Assembly (NCBI GenBank): GCA_964016885.1
Contig: OZ024747.1
Span: forward strand, 81,654,001 to 81,718,000
Source: Eledone cirrhosa
Lineage: Eukaryota
DNA length: 64,000 nt
Direction of reading: 5' to 3'
Position 1 is the stretch's first letter; the number at the start of each line of letters is the position of its first letter. The translations under genes and the position numbers were made by a program. The notes under the pieces were generated by a model, which did not search any database, had not been told where the DNA came from, and was given only the letters and a program-made list of their open reading frames with translations. Shown here one piece after another: positions 12,731-24,780 of this stretch.

Positions 12731-14749
12731 AATGAGTTTCGGTGAGAGAGTGAGTGTGAATGTGTGTGTGAAATATACCTCTAGGACCTATTTCAACTTT
12801 TCTAATTTTATTTCAGCTTCAGTCAGATATTTCTAAGTTTTAGATTTAGTTTCGCAAACTTTTAGCATAAAATCTTATCAGCATCTATCACTAAATCTTC
12901 ATAGTAAATTGTAGTCAGACCATCACAGTAGTTTTTTTATGTTAATTTGTAGCTATACAAAAAACTTCAAATCTTTCAAATATGTTCTTAGCAACAAATA
13001 TTTGATATTTAAATCTATATTTAAATATAGATTAAAAAACAATTAGGAACAAATCTCTATGAGTTAATCAAGTTTTATTATAAATTGACAAATTGTTCTT
13101 CATTTTTTTTATTTAATTCAGCAAGCCTATACTTAAAAGTTGACAGCTCAGAGTATAGGTGATGTACTGAATTCTTAAAATACAAAGTACTAACAATCTT
13201 TCAATCTGAATCTTTCTAGATGTCCTACCAGCTGAAAAATTTTAAAAGCATAATCTTTACATTGTATTATGATTATCGATCATGTTGGACAACTTGCAAC
13301 ACTGTCAAATAATAATTTTGAAAAAACACAAAATAAGTACAGTGCATCCTAAAATACCAGATTTAATTTTGGAATCTTACTAACATTTTATGTGTAATAA
13401 TAGACATTTGAAATTTTATTTCAGATGATATTTCTACAAGCTTTTTCCTCATTTTTAGTACAATATTTTATAACTATTTTGTTATCATTATGGATTATAT
13501 AAAGCAGCAGATACTATGGACCAGTCTATAATATTTTTTTCTTATATATTTTTTAAACATAATAAATGACAATTGAATGTGATTTTAAATAAAAGCTGAA
13601 AATAGCAAAAATTAGTTAAGTTTAGTTGAAGCATGAATGGGGTAAACCTTCCTCAACTTTATATTAATTCTACTTTCTTTTTTTTTCTTTGTTTCTTTTT
13701 CTTACTTTCATAATAGTTTTTCAATCTCACTTCTCAATATTTTATATGTATCTGTACATGTGTATATATGTGTGTGTGTGAGTGTGTGTTTTACACACAC
13801 ACAGACATGGCTCATACACATGTATGAACATGATATGTGTATTTATGTGTATGTGAAGATGTAAAAGTAACGATACTGACAAAAACTCTACCATCTGCAC
13901 AGTTTAAATGTTTCATGAATCAGTTATAAGCATTCCCAGCATTGTCCATCCCCAACAAAATGTAAAAATGTTTAAAAAATATAATAAAAGATTTTTTTTA
14001 CAACAGCTTAAATGAATTTCTGCAGATAAGTGGGTATTGAAACAGAAGAAAAAAAAAGACATGGCGATTTTATCACAGGACAAAATATAGATGTAAAATT
14101 GAAATGAAAGTGTCAGAGATTCTTACAGTTTCTACATGGAATTTTATTAGTACAATGTCCAATCTATACCACCATGGAAAAGCAGACATAAAATAATGAT
14201 GATGAGACATGTAAACTTGTTTCGGAACATTATCTTCCATTAAAGTGAAAACAATGTCTATCATTTAGAAATTTTCATGTTTTTTAAATTTTTTTTTATT
14301 ATAGTATAGCTATTACTCCTACCGTTATTAAGGAGGACAATTTAAATCTGATTGCTTTTAGTTTCCAGGTTTTGATCATTCATTCCTGAACAAGAGATCT
14401 AACCCTATTTATCTAAGATCACCAGCAGCAGCTCAATGAATTCAGCATCAAACACAAGCTCCATTGCCTAACAGCCTGAAGATCACAAGCTGTGAAAGTA
14501 CCAGCTGCTCGCTGTGAGCTGGAATGGCTTTTTTAGCATGTCTCCCTCACCATCCTCTGGAGAAATGGCTTCTCTATTCTGTCCAGCATGTGGGCCCCAT
14601 TTGCTCATAATAGTGAGAGATGGGGTGAGCGGGGGAGATGAAGGTAGTGACAATGGGAATTTGGTTCCTTTGTATTCAGACCTGGTGCCTATGTATATGT
14701 TTCACACACAACACTCAATGATAATAACACACTGTTTATAATAATATTC

Positions 14750-14945
14750 ACAAGGTTTATTGTGAACTCATAACAGTGGAATCATCTAGTGTCCTGGGTC
14801 AACAAACCATCACCCTACTTACTGCAAATGAGATGGAGACAGCTATCTGCAACAATGGGCCCTCACAAGTTGGAGTGGCTCTTTCAGTGCATCCCCCTTG
14901 CTATCCTCCAGGGTAACACATTCACAATTCTATCTGCCAGGACCA
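14750..14945 (+). mobile_element. Degenerate CRE-like RLE C-terminus
   Basis: ELITVESSSVLG... and LEWLFQCIPLAILQGNTFTILSA resemble the CRE terminal motif LFQRxSxAIxRGNAxxIL. Confidence 0.6.
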
Positions 14946-15084
14946 TAAGGCAATATCCACCTTGTGTTTTGCAAAGGATATGAAAGGATATATTATCAAT
15001 CTTTATAAATGTGTAAAAGATTTACTATTTCTGATGTTAAATTGCAGAATTGCAGACTTTATGTATTTCAAACCAACTTGGAAT

Positions 15085-15431
15085 ATCATCATCATCATCA
15101 TCATCATCATTTTATGCCCACTTTTCCCGGCTTGCAAGGGTGGGACGGGAACTGATTTTGGCTTGATTTTTACAGCTGGTGCCCTTCCTAACACCAACCT
15201 CATTTACAGTGAGTGCTGGGTGCTTTTTTGCCGCGGCACCTCCACAACCACTTTGCAGTGGAACGATAGGGACCCCAGTCCTTATCGTCTCATTTCTACA
15301 GCTGAGTAAACTGGAGCAATGTGAAATAAAGTGTCTTGCTCAAGGAAACAACACATCACCCGGTCTCAGAATTGAACTCACAACCTTTCGATTGCAAGGC
15401 CAATGCTCTAACCAATAAGCCATGTGCCTCC
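15085..15431 (-). mobile_element. Composite CORE-SINE family A (tRNA head, CORE, RTE-derived tail)
   Basis: Reverse complement of the family A copies at 24440, 37605 and 43561. MIR-like CORE block CCTTGAGCAAGACACTTTATTTCAC...CAGTTTACTCAGCTGTAGAAATG. Confidence 0.9.
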
Positions 15432-15562
15432 ATAATTAACATAGAGAGGACAAGGCAATGAATGAAAAAATTTCTTAAGGGGAAACCTTAGAAAATAATT
15501 TAAAAAAAATAAAAATACAAAGTACACGGAACTCCAGGTTCATCAGTCATTGATATATATAT

Positions 15563-15888
15563 ATCATCATCATCATCATTTTACGTCCACTTTTTCCCTG
15601 CTTGCAAGGGTAGGACGGGAACTGATACTGGCTTGATTTCTACAGCTGGATGCCCTTCCTAACACCAACCTCATTTACAGTGAGTGTTGGGTGCTTTTTT
15701 GCCGTGGCACCTCCACGACCAACTTGCAGTGGAATTATAGGGACCTCAGTCCCTATCATCTCATTTCTACAGCTGAGTAAACTGGAACAATGTGAAATAA
15801 AGGAAACAACATATCACCTGGTCCGAGAATTGAACTCACAACCTTTCGATTGCAAGGCCAATGCTCTAACCACTAAGCCATATGCCTC
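15563..15888 (-). mobile_element. Composite CORE-SINE family A
   Basis: Second copy, with a small deletion in the CORE block. Confidence 0.9.
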
Positions 15889-15893
15889 TATAC

Positions 15894-15978
<85 letters not shown>

Positions 15979-16104
15979 TGTGTGCATGTATGTGTGTTCA
16001 GAATTATTAATTTCCTTCTGTTAAAAATGCTCTAAAGATAGTAATAATTATATTCTCTTTGACAAAGTCTGCTTTGTGTATTATTATTATTATTATTATC
16101 ATTC

Positions 16105-16445
16105 TGCTGAGGTTGACTTTGCCTTTCATCCTTACGGGGTCGATAAAATAAAGTACCAGTAATGTACTGGGTAATTGCTGGACTTGTGCCTAAAGTAGAA
16201 ACAATTATTATTATAAGTAGCAGTAGTAGTAGCAGCAACAGCAGCAGCAGTAGCAACAGCAGCAACAGTATATTATTGTCTCAATAATAATTGTTTCTAC
16301 TTTAGGCACAAGGCCAGCAATTACCCAGTGCATTACTGGTACTTTATTTTATCGACCCCATAAGGATGAAAGGCAAAGTCAACCTCGGCGAGATTGTCTC
16401 AATAATAATAATAATAGTTTCTACTTTTGGCACCAGGCCAGCAAT
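16105..16445. mobile_element. Cluster of partial SINE B copies (one plus, two minus)
   Basis: GGTTGACTTTGCCTTTCATCC at 16111 (+); TTGTTTCTACTTTAGGCACAAGG at 16291 and a variant at 16417 (-). Confidence 0.75.
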
Positions 16446-16451
16446 TATCTT

Positions 16452-16790
16452 GACAGGTGTTACATCCAAGATATTAAGATTACCATAGAGGTGGTGGAAA
16501 GGAATGTAGGTAATTTAAGAATCAAAGAGGCCATTACTATCAACAAGAAAAAAAAACACAGTTTAGAAAAGCATGAAACAGATTGGTTACTATAACAACT
16601 CCACACATGATTATTTCAGACATGAAGACCAATTAAAAAAGAACGCATCGATTGTTTGTTTTTGTTTTGAACCATTTCAGTTTCACATTTGAAAAGAGGC
16701 TAATAGCCCTGAAATATCGCATTGAAATATTTGGGTTTTTTTATATTACTTTGTTTTGTTTTATTTGTCATCCATTCCCCTTTATATATA
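16452..16790 (+). mobile_element. Penelope-like 3' relic: GIY-YIG C-terminus, pLTR and degenerate U3-A8 hammerhead
   Basis: GNLRIKEAITINKK resembles the RxIKEAxxI end motif of PLE endonucleases. TTGAAAA-GAGGC-TAATA-GCCCT-GAAA-TATC lies at 16689-16718. Confidence 0.5.
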
Positions 16791-17053
16791 TATTTCTATA
16801 GCATTGTATTGGCTTTTTGAAACTTATACATATAAAAGAGTTATGTAAATTGTTGCTGAATGGTTGGAATTGAAGTTAAAAGGTAAATATTAGCAAGAAG
16901 ATAGTCTACCATGCATCACTGATATAATAATGTAAAACAATATGAATGAGATTTCGAATATGATCCTTTGAAAATTACAATTTGCTAAATATTCACATGA
17001 ACCTATTGTTATAAAGATCAATCAAACACCTGTGATATTAATTGTGTGTATAT

Positions 17054-17099
<46 letters not shown>

Positions 17100-17223
17100 G
17101 TATGTGTGTATGTGTATATATATATATATATATTGGAAAATGTGTGATCTACCAACTCATATTATAATATTATAACATTAAATCAAACATTTTTTAACAC
17201 AACAAGTGAAGTCATTCTTTTCC

Positions 17224-17259
<36 letters not shown>

Positions 17260-17378
17260 GTGTGTATCATCATCATCATTATCATCGTTTAACGTCCATA
17301 TTCCACGCATATATATATATATGTATGTGTGTATATATATTTATTTATATATACGCATACATATATTTATTTATATAT

Positions 17379-17409
<31 letters not shown>

Positions 17410-17660
17410 AATATAAACAAACATAAATTATCGATAATCGCATTTCGGCCCACGAAATAAAGAAAAACAACCTCCGAGATGTGTGGCAAGTGCTCAATGA
17501 TTCAGATGAACCAGAGCTATAACAAACGTTAAAGGCCAAACACACTGAGACGATGGTTAAACAATCATTCGCATAGCCAAAAAAAACGATCATGTAATTC
17601 GGGTCAAACAAATAAAAAATATCTGTGATTGAAAAATACATATATATAAATAAATATATG

Positions 17661-17718
<58 letters not shown>

Positions 17719-17736
17719 CATATATTTATTTATATG

Positions 17737-17784
<48 letters not shown>

Positions 17785-17819
17785 CATATATTTATTTATA
17801 TATACACATATATATATAT

Positions 17820-18009
17820 AGGAACGAGTAGGACCCCGACGGCTGAGCTCAAGCCATTTCGACGGCTAATTCTGGACTGAATTAGCCGTCGAAACGGCTT
17901 GAGCTCAGCCGTCGGGGTCTTACTTGTTCCTATTACCCACTCCACTACCCTAAGTATTGAGTACTTTGGTGCGTTATGGTCCATCTGGTTCCTTACCACA
18001 TTTCCTTTG

Positions 18010-18012
<3 letters not shown>
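17820..18012. mobile_element. Family A Penelope-like mini fold-back (3' half of HHR plus tail)
   Basis: 17820-17931 is a near-perfect hairpin (GGAACGAGTAGGACCCCGACGGCTGAGCTCAAGCC...GGCTTGAGCTCAGCCGTCGGGGTCTTACTTGTTCC). The tail matches 19913-19992; (TA)n on both sides. Confidence 0.85.
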
Positions 18013-18093
<81 letters not shown>

Positions 18094-18510
18094 AATATAT
18101 GTATGTGTATATATATATGTATTTGTATGTATATATATGTATATATATATATATATATATATAAAATGGTGATGATATATATATATATATATATAAATAT
18201 ATTCATATATATATATATGCACACACAAATACTACACAAAGATATTTGTGTATTAATATGTAAATACATATATGCAATGAGTGTGTGTATATATTTGTGT
18301 ACAAATAAGTTCTATATGATCAATGGCTGTGCTAAAAAAAAGCAACCTAAGCACAACTGCACAACCATATTATCCAACCTTTTCTTTCTTTTTCAAAATG
18401 GTAAAGGATACACTACCCTCGAACATAAAATTCATTTGTGATATATGGAATGTCTCTGGACATTCGATTAGATTTGACCTGTGGCTAAACAACAATAACA
18501 TACACATACA

Positions 18511-18546
<36 letters not shown>

Positions 18547-18547
<1 letters not shown>

Positions 18548-18665
18548 GAAAAAGTATGACCCCAACGGCAGAGCTCAAGCCGTCTCGACGGCTATTTCTG
18601 GACTAAATTAGAATTTTTAGCCTGGTGAATAAATAGCCAAACTTTTCAAGGGGGTACTTCCTAAT
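18547..18665 (-). ncRNA. Hammerhead ribozyme, family A, mutated copy
   Basis: Inverted copy of 19793-19912 with GAAA changed to GAGA and GTC to GTT. Confidence 0.55.
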
Positions 18666-18854
18666 ATGGGAAGATTGTAATTGTCAAGAGGATTGGTTAA
18701 AATGTGTTGTAAACACAAATAAGTCTATCATGGCATTTGGTGGGCGGTAGGGGTGGCTGAACTTGCCTGTAGAACAATAGGGGAGTGAGTGGAGCGGTCA
18801 AGCATTGAAAGTGATATGTATACATCATATTCTTAGGATAGTGTATGAAGTGGG

Positions 18855-19102
18855 CGACATGCCACATCTGGGACCTCCAAGATAACAATATAACCTACAA
18901 TCTCACTTGGAGCTTACTGTCCAGAGCTAACTCTTACACGGGAGGATGCCGTCCATGTAGCTTATGCTCGGAGGAAACATTACAAATGCTGTTTTTGAAG
19001 GACCAACTCCTAAACAAGAAAGATGAACTGGTAACCGCATGCAAACACAGATTGCGTAGGACTTACCTCGCCCTCAAACCCTATAACGACCCGGGTGAGT
19101 AG
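18855..19102 (+). pseudogene. C-terminal part of PLE GIY-YIG endonuclease
   Basis: HIWDLQDNNITYNLTWSLLSRANSYTGGCRPCSLCSEE...LLNKKDELVTACKH fits the IWxLK..W.I..A..Y...CxLC..E...LLNKRxEL...CxH pattern I associate with Naiad-type PLEs. Confidence 0.75.
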
Positions 19103-19792
19103 ACAAGGGCTGATCCCCCCCCACACACACACACACAGACACTTGCCGAATAAGTTAGGGGAAACCCCAGCTTACATAGGTAAATGCATCTCTTTTCTTT
19201 TCCTCTTTGTCTCCTTCTCCCCCTGTCTCATCCTATCACTTCCTTCCACCCCCTATTTTCTTCCTCAACTGCTTTCCCCTTTCGCCTACCCCGATGCAGC
19301 CCATTGGGCCTTGTAGCATCAGTTCCCCCACCCCTGTTATTTTAAGATAGAATTGGCCGAATACGTTTTACTAACTACTTATAGCAGATGTGTTAAAAAC
19401 CCCTTTAAGTTTGTATCTGTTTTGTAATTTCTATAAGTTTTTTCTATTCTCAACTTATTAACCTGTAATTGTAAGATAGCATTGTGATTTCTTTATTCAT
19501 TTCTCACTATCTAATTTTATATATATATATTTTTTATTCCTTTCTAGTATCTTTTATTGTCTCCTACTCTCTTTTGATTTACCTATTCTATAACCTCCCT
19601 CCCCAACTTCATACACTATCCTTAGAACCTGATGTATACATATCACTTTCAATGCTTGACCGCTCCACTCACTCCCCTATTGTTCTACAGGCAATTTCAG
19701 CCACCCCTACCTCCCACCAAATGCCATGATAGACTTATTTGTGTTTACAACACATTTTAACCAATCCTCTTGACAACTACAATCTTCCCATA

Positions 19793-19912
19793 TAAGGAAG
19801 TACCCCCTTGAAAAGTTCGGCTATTTATTCACCAGGCTAAAAATTCTAATTTAGTCCAGAAATAGCCGTCGAAACGGCTTGAGCTCTGCCGTCGGGGTCA
19901 TACTTTTTCCTA
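19793..19912 (+). ncRNA. Type I hammerhead ribozyme, U3-A8 variant (family A)
   Basis: CCCC-TTGAAAA-G.CGGCTATTT...AAATAGCCG.C-GAAA-CGGC(TTGAGCTCT)GCCG-TC-GGGG. All three helices pair, and helix I extends through AAGTA/TACTT. Confidence 0.8.
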
Positions 19913-22900
19913 TTTCCCACTCTACTACCCTAAGTATTGAGTACTCTGGTGCATTATGGTCCATTTGGTTCCTTACCACAATTCCTTTGTTATATATATA
20001 TATGCACACATATATAGACATACACATATATGAAAGTTGGCTCAATTTGTATATATTTGGAAATAGATTCACTAAGCAGTTGTTAAATATTCTAGTAAAT
20101 CATTTTATTCTATTCAATAAGTACACCTGTTCTACATATATTAGTATATTTTAGTTTGACTTTTACATAAAATTGTATTTAAATGAAATCTTATTTATAA
20201 AATATCTATCTCTCTTTCTATTTCTCTCTCCTCTTTAGTTGTCCCTCTCTTTCTCTCCCTTTTTTGCTCCCCCTCCCTTTCCCCTCACTCTATCACTTCT
20301 TTCTCTCTCTAATGTCTATGATAGGTTATGTTTACAATCAAGAAGAGTAAGTAGTGCTTCCCTATTCTCAGCTGAAATCTAATCAAGCTTCTGAACCACT
20401 GAAGGTAAAAATCCTAAATTGAGGTCAGAAACAACCAAATGCAAAACATTTCATGTCAGCTATATATACACTTAACCCTTTGTTTACATCTTTCAATCCC
20501 CCTCAATTACACCAACTAAATTCAACTGTTGTTGCCAATAAATATGGAAATATAATATCCCCATAGATACAATGTGTCTATCTATATTGTACTACTTCTT
20601 TCTATCATTAACCATTTCGTTATTATATTTCTAATAAAATATATCACTGATGATTTTGAAAACATTTCAGAAATAATCAAAATTTTGGAGGGATTTACTA
20701 ATATAATTAACTTCCTCATTATTCAGCAGTAACCTCACCTAAAGGTGAAATTATGATGGAAAGTTTTAACGTAAATATAAACACTTTAAAATAAATAGCT
20801 TTGTATCAGAGAACCAGGAGTGGTTTCAAGTGGTTTGGTATTAAAAGAGTTAAATTACTATTACTATCACTAAATCAGATATTAGTTATTTTTTTACATG
20901 CTGTTATACAATTCTATTATATTTGTACCTGTATTTTTAGTTGATATTTAGGTCTATGACAGCCTTGCATGAGCAGATCTATGATCAAAATAATTTCAGC
21001 TATGAGCATTCCCTGTTGAATTCATGCATGATCATGATGTACCTATGACTAAATTATACAATTTCCCTCGAGATTGTAAAGTATAATTTGAGGAAGATTA
21101 GGTTGCTATTTCTAGCAGCTCGAAAGAGATATCTTCATAGGCCGTATTTCTATTTAGTGAAAATTGTAGCATCAGATTCAGCATCATCATTTGTTTAACA
21201 TATTTTTTCTATGCAAGCATTGGTTATACAAGTCTACACTTTTAGCTCTCAAACATGTCTTGCAATCCTGTTTTAAGCTCAATATTGCAATATTTGTTAA
21301 TGTCAAATAATTCTCTTGCATCATTTAGTTCTAGATGAAGTTAATACATTTCTCTAATTCTACTATATAATTGATATTCATATTTGCAATAGGGTTGTTA
21401 TCTATATTTGCATAGAAACATATAGTGATCTTATCAAACATATACAATATAAATTCAATATTGTCTCAAGGACTTTTTTCTAATTATTAGTATATGTGTA
21501 TCTGTTCATATAAATATTTGCATGTTAGGCTTAAGCAAATCATTTACTACACAACCAACAGGCCACACGGAATATGTTACTCTTCATATACTATTATTCT
21601 GATGCATGTTTCACTTCCTTCACAGCTATATTGTTACATGATGATCTCTGTTCCTCTGAGTTATTTAGTAGCCTACCCTCTTCCCCTAGCACATCTGTCT
21701 CTTCTTGTCTTGTCAGTTATATTGTATCTTGTACACAAGAACTAGTACTAATAACTTTCCCACCCTTTTCCTTACAGAAGGTTAATTCTCTGAAATACCC
21801 TTCTCATCTATGTCTTAACATGAACATTTTCAGTTATGGATGTTCAAGATAAATGCCAACTATAACAATATTATCAGTTTGAAAGGATAGCTGAAGTTCA
21901 TGGGTCCATTCCATTTTTCTTGACTAAACTTCAAAGAATATATTATACCATATATTTTGGAGACAACCAATGTTTCTGATGAAAGGTAACAGGTAAATTC
22001 TCCTATTTTATTCCTCGTAAAACTTAGCTATGATGTAACCAATAAGTCAACCAACAGCAGCTATATATCAAAACTTATCAAGAAGCTATTAATATAACCT
22101 ATAGCCTTCTTAGCATTGTTGATTCACTACTTGTTAGTGAATCTCTTTCTTGGGATTTTATGGTTCCTTGTCAGTCATATAGTACATTAATGTTGCATTA
22201 TCCAACGTAAAATTCCTGCCTGTAACCTATTTGCTTATCAAACAAAGACACTTCCTGGGTACTAAAGAGCTTTTATGTCTGCCACTACTTTGCAAAATTT
22301 TAGTCTTGCATTCTAAACCTTTTGAAAGAGTCTGATTTTCAAAGTTACCAAGATTAAACTCCAAAAATAAAGTGTTTTCATTAGTTATTCACCAGACACT
22401 TAAGTAAGAACCATTCATCAAAAAGAAACAAAATAGTAAGTCTTATACATAGAATAAAGAACATTATCAAAAACACATGAATTCATTAACAATCTAAAAT
22501 AGAAATATTTATATATATATATATCTGTGTGTGTGTGCAGTTGTGTGATAAACATATATATGTTTTGTTTTAGTATCTAACAAACATATGTTTATATATA
22601 TGTGTGTGTGTGATTCCTGTGAGATTGGTGTAAATATCAGTTATTGAAAACAATAAATAACAAGCCAAATAATTATATACAATGTCCCAAAACTAAGAAA
22701 AAGTTGTATGATGAAAAAAAAAATGGTCAAAATTCCTTTGTTAAGATACATGTAAAGATGTTGAATAGAACATAATGATGTATGAAAGTTGGGGATTTAG
22801 CATTATTTTCACTCCACTTTATATAAAAGGTATCAACTTGATTAAGAATACATTACAAGACATCTTTCTCTCTGTGAGAGAAATTAAGTGTATGTCATGT

Positions 22901-22941
22901 GTTCATCTCTCTAATGTATGCCTGTACATGTGTTTACACAG

Positions 22942-22984
<43 letters not shown>

Positions 22985-22987
<3 letters not shown>

Positions 22988-23118
22988 GCAGCCTGTTGAA
23001 GAGTTGAGGGCCCTTGAATCCCAGGCTATTGCAATACCTGCTCCTTATTCTAGATGTGGAAGACGGGACCTTTGGCACCACACAGAGACGTCCTGTTCGA
23101 CGGTTGGTCCAGCTCCCA
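22985..23118 (-). mobile_element. Short CR1-type LINE ORF2 C-terminal fragment in (TA)n
   Basis: WTNRRTGRLCVVPKVPSSTSRIRSRYCNSLGFKGPQLFNRLP parallels HPRLGPRA...[17 protein letters not shown] of the CR1-type ORF at 49630. Confidence 0.7.
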
Positions 23119-23142
23119 TATATATATGTGTATATATATATG

Positions 23143-23173
<31 letters not shown>

Positions 23174-23178
23174 ATATA

Positions 23179-23212
<34 letters not shown>

Positions 23213-23421
23213 GTTATGTAATAAACAACATAAGGCAATTATTCCATTTACCAGTGGTTTCTTAAAAGCAAAAAATGTTGCTTTCAATCATCAGAATGAA
23301 AAAATCCTGGTGTATTTATTGAATTTGGAGTTTTAAAAAAAAAAAAAAAAAAAAAAACCGTAGGTTTTTTTTTTTTAAATCAAAAAATATATATATGCGT
23401 TTATATATATATGTATATATA

Positions 23422-23514
<93 letters not shown>

Positions 23515-23895
23515 TAGCGTGGAAGATAGACGTTAAACAAGGCTGATGATGAGGAGGATATATATATATATATATATATATTATGAATAATGGATTCAAG
23601 TAAAATACCTTGGGGTAGTGTTCTGATAATATGTGTACACACGGAGTCTCATGAATATGGTGAGTTGCAAAACTTCAATTAATCCTTACATTTTGAAGAG
23701 AAGAAATCCCTTGGGGCTTCTTCAGAATACAAGAAACACCTAGCAAAGTAGATAACTCCAATAGAATCAACATCCAGCCTAGATATTTTCCATGTATCCA
23801 TTTGTTATTGATATGCATAATCAGCGTACCTACTCTGCCTATATTCCTATATATATATATTTTATAATTCTAAGTTTTGCCGATTCAGATGAATA

Positions 23896-23962
23896 TGCCT
23901 TACTGAAGAGATCTAACAAGATCCAACTATTTGTGTTGGTTTCACAAACAAGCTATCAGGCA
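23896..23962 (+). ncRNA. Degenerate hammerhead-like motif
   Basis: TGCCTTA-CTGAAGA-GATC(TAACAA)GATC-[CAAC instead of GAAA]-TTTGTG..CACAAA..-TA-TCAGGCA. Helices I-III pair but the GAAA strand is mutated. Confidence 0.45.
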
Positions 23963-24069
23963 AGATCTCCTTACTGCATTTTATATACATAGTTGTATAT
24001 ATATTGCTATCAGGGAAAGCAGAGGTTAAAACGATGATGAAATAAATAAATATATAAATAAATAAATAT

Positions 24070-24355
24070 ATATGCCCCCACCTCTTCCCACTGCAAAGTG
24101 GTCGTGGAAGTGACACGACAAAAAAACACCCATCCCACACTGTAAAGTGGTCGTGTATGTGCCATGGAAAAAAGCACCCACCACTCACTGTAAATGAGGT
24201 TGTTGTTAGGAAGGGCCTCCAGCTGTAGAAATCAAGGCAAAATCAGTTCCCATGAGCAAGACAAGGTCAGCCGACAGGGCACTGCCCACAACAGGACAAC
24301 CCATCTAACTTATATTAGCGTGGAAGAATGGACGTAAAACGGTGCTGATGATGAT
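24070..24355 (+). mobile_element. RTE subfamily 3 3'UTR fragment
   Basis: Homologous to 2090-2388. Confidence 0.8.
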
Positions 24356-24401
24356 ATATATATCTTCCAACACACACACACACACACACACACACCCACA
24401 T

Positions 24402-24439
<38 letters not shown>

Positions 24440-24442
<3 letters not shown>

Positions 24443-24780
24443 AAGGCTTAGTGGTTAGAGCATTGGCCTTGCAATCGAAAGGTTGTGAGTTCAATTCTCA
24501 GACCGGGTGATGTGTTGTTTCCTTGAGCAAGACACTTTATTTCACATTGCTCCAGTTTACTCAGCTGTAGAAATGAGATGATAGGGTCTGGGCTCCCTAT
24601 CATTCCACTGTAAAGTGGTCATGGAGGTGCCTCGGCAAAAAAGCACCCAGCACTCACTGTAAATGAGGTTGGTGTTAGGAAGGGCATCCAGCTGTAGAAA
24701 TCAAGCCAGAATCAGTTCCCGTCCCACCCTTGCAAACAGGGAAAAGCGGACGTAAATTGATGATGATGATGATGATGATG
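24440..24780 (+). mobile_element. Composite CORE-SINE family A
   Basis: GGCTTAGTGGTTAGAGC (A-box-like), GAGTTCAATTC (B-box-like), CORE block, and tail ...GCGGACGTAAAT(TGA)n. Confidence 0.9.

Larger units (their letters stand above)
18545..19992 (+). mobile_element. 5'-truncated Penelope-like element with inverted pLTR (family A, Naiad-like endonuclease end)
   Basis: About 307-bp inverted arms (18545-18851 / 19606-19912), an internal GIY-YIG C-terminal coding remnant, an HHR in each arm, and (TA)n flanks. Confidence 0.85.

Noticed and set aside
17420-17640. Insert between TA tracts with GGCCGAAATGCGATTA on the minus strand
   Set aside because: Only a possible 3' half of a hammerhead; no upstream core or pairing partner found.
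18855-19990. Possible selenocysteine recoding / SECIS as reported for some Naiad PLEs
   Set aside because: All Cys codons in the fragment are TGC/TGT with no in-frame TGA, and I could not see a SECIS fold.
24440-24520. tRNA-like sequences at SINE heads
   Set aside because: They have A/B boxes but no complete cloverleaf and are fused to CORE or other SINE bodies, so they are not tRNA genes.
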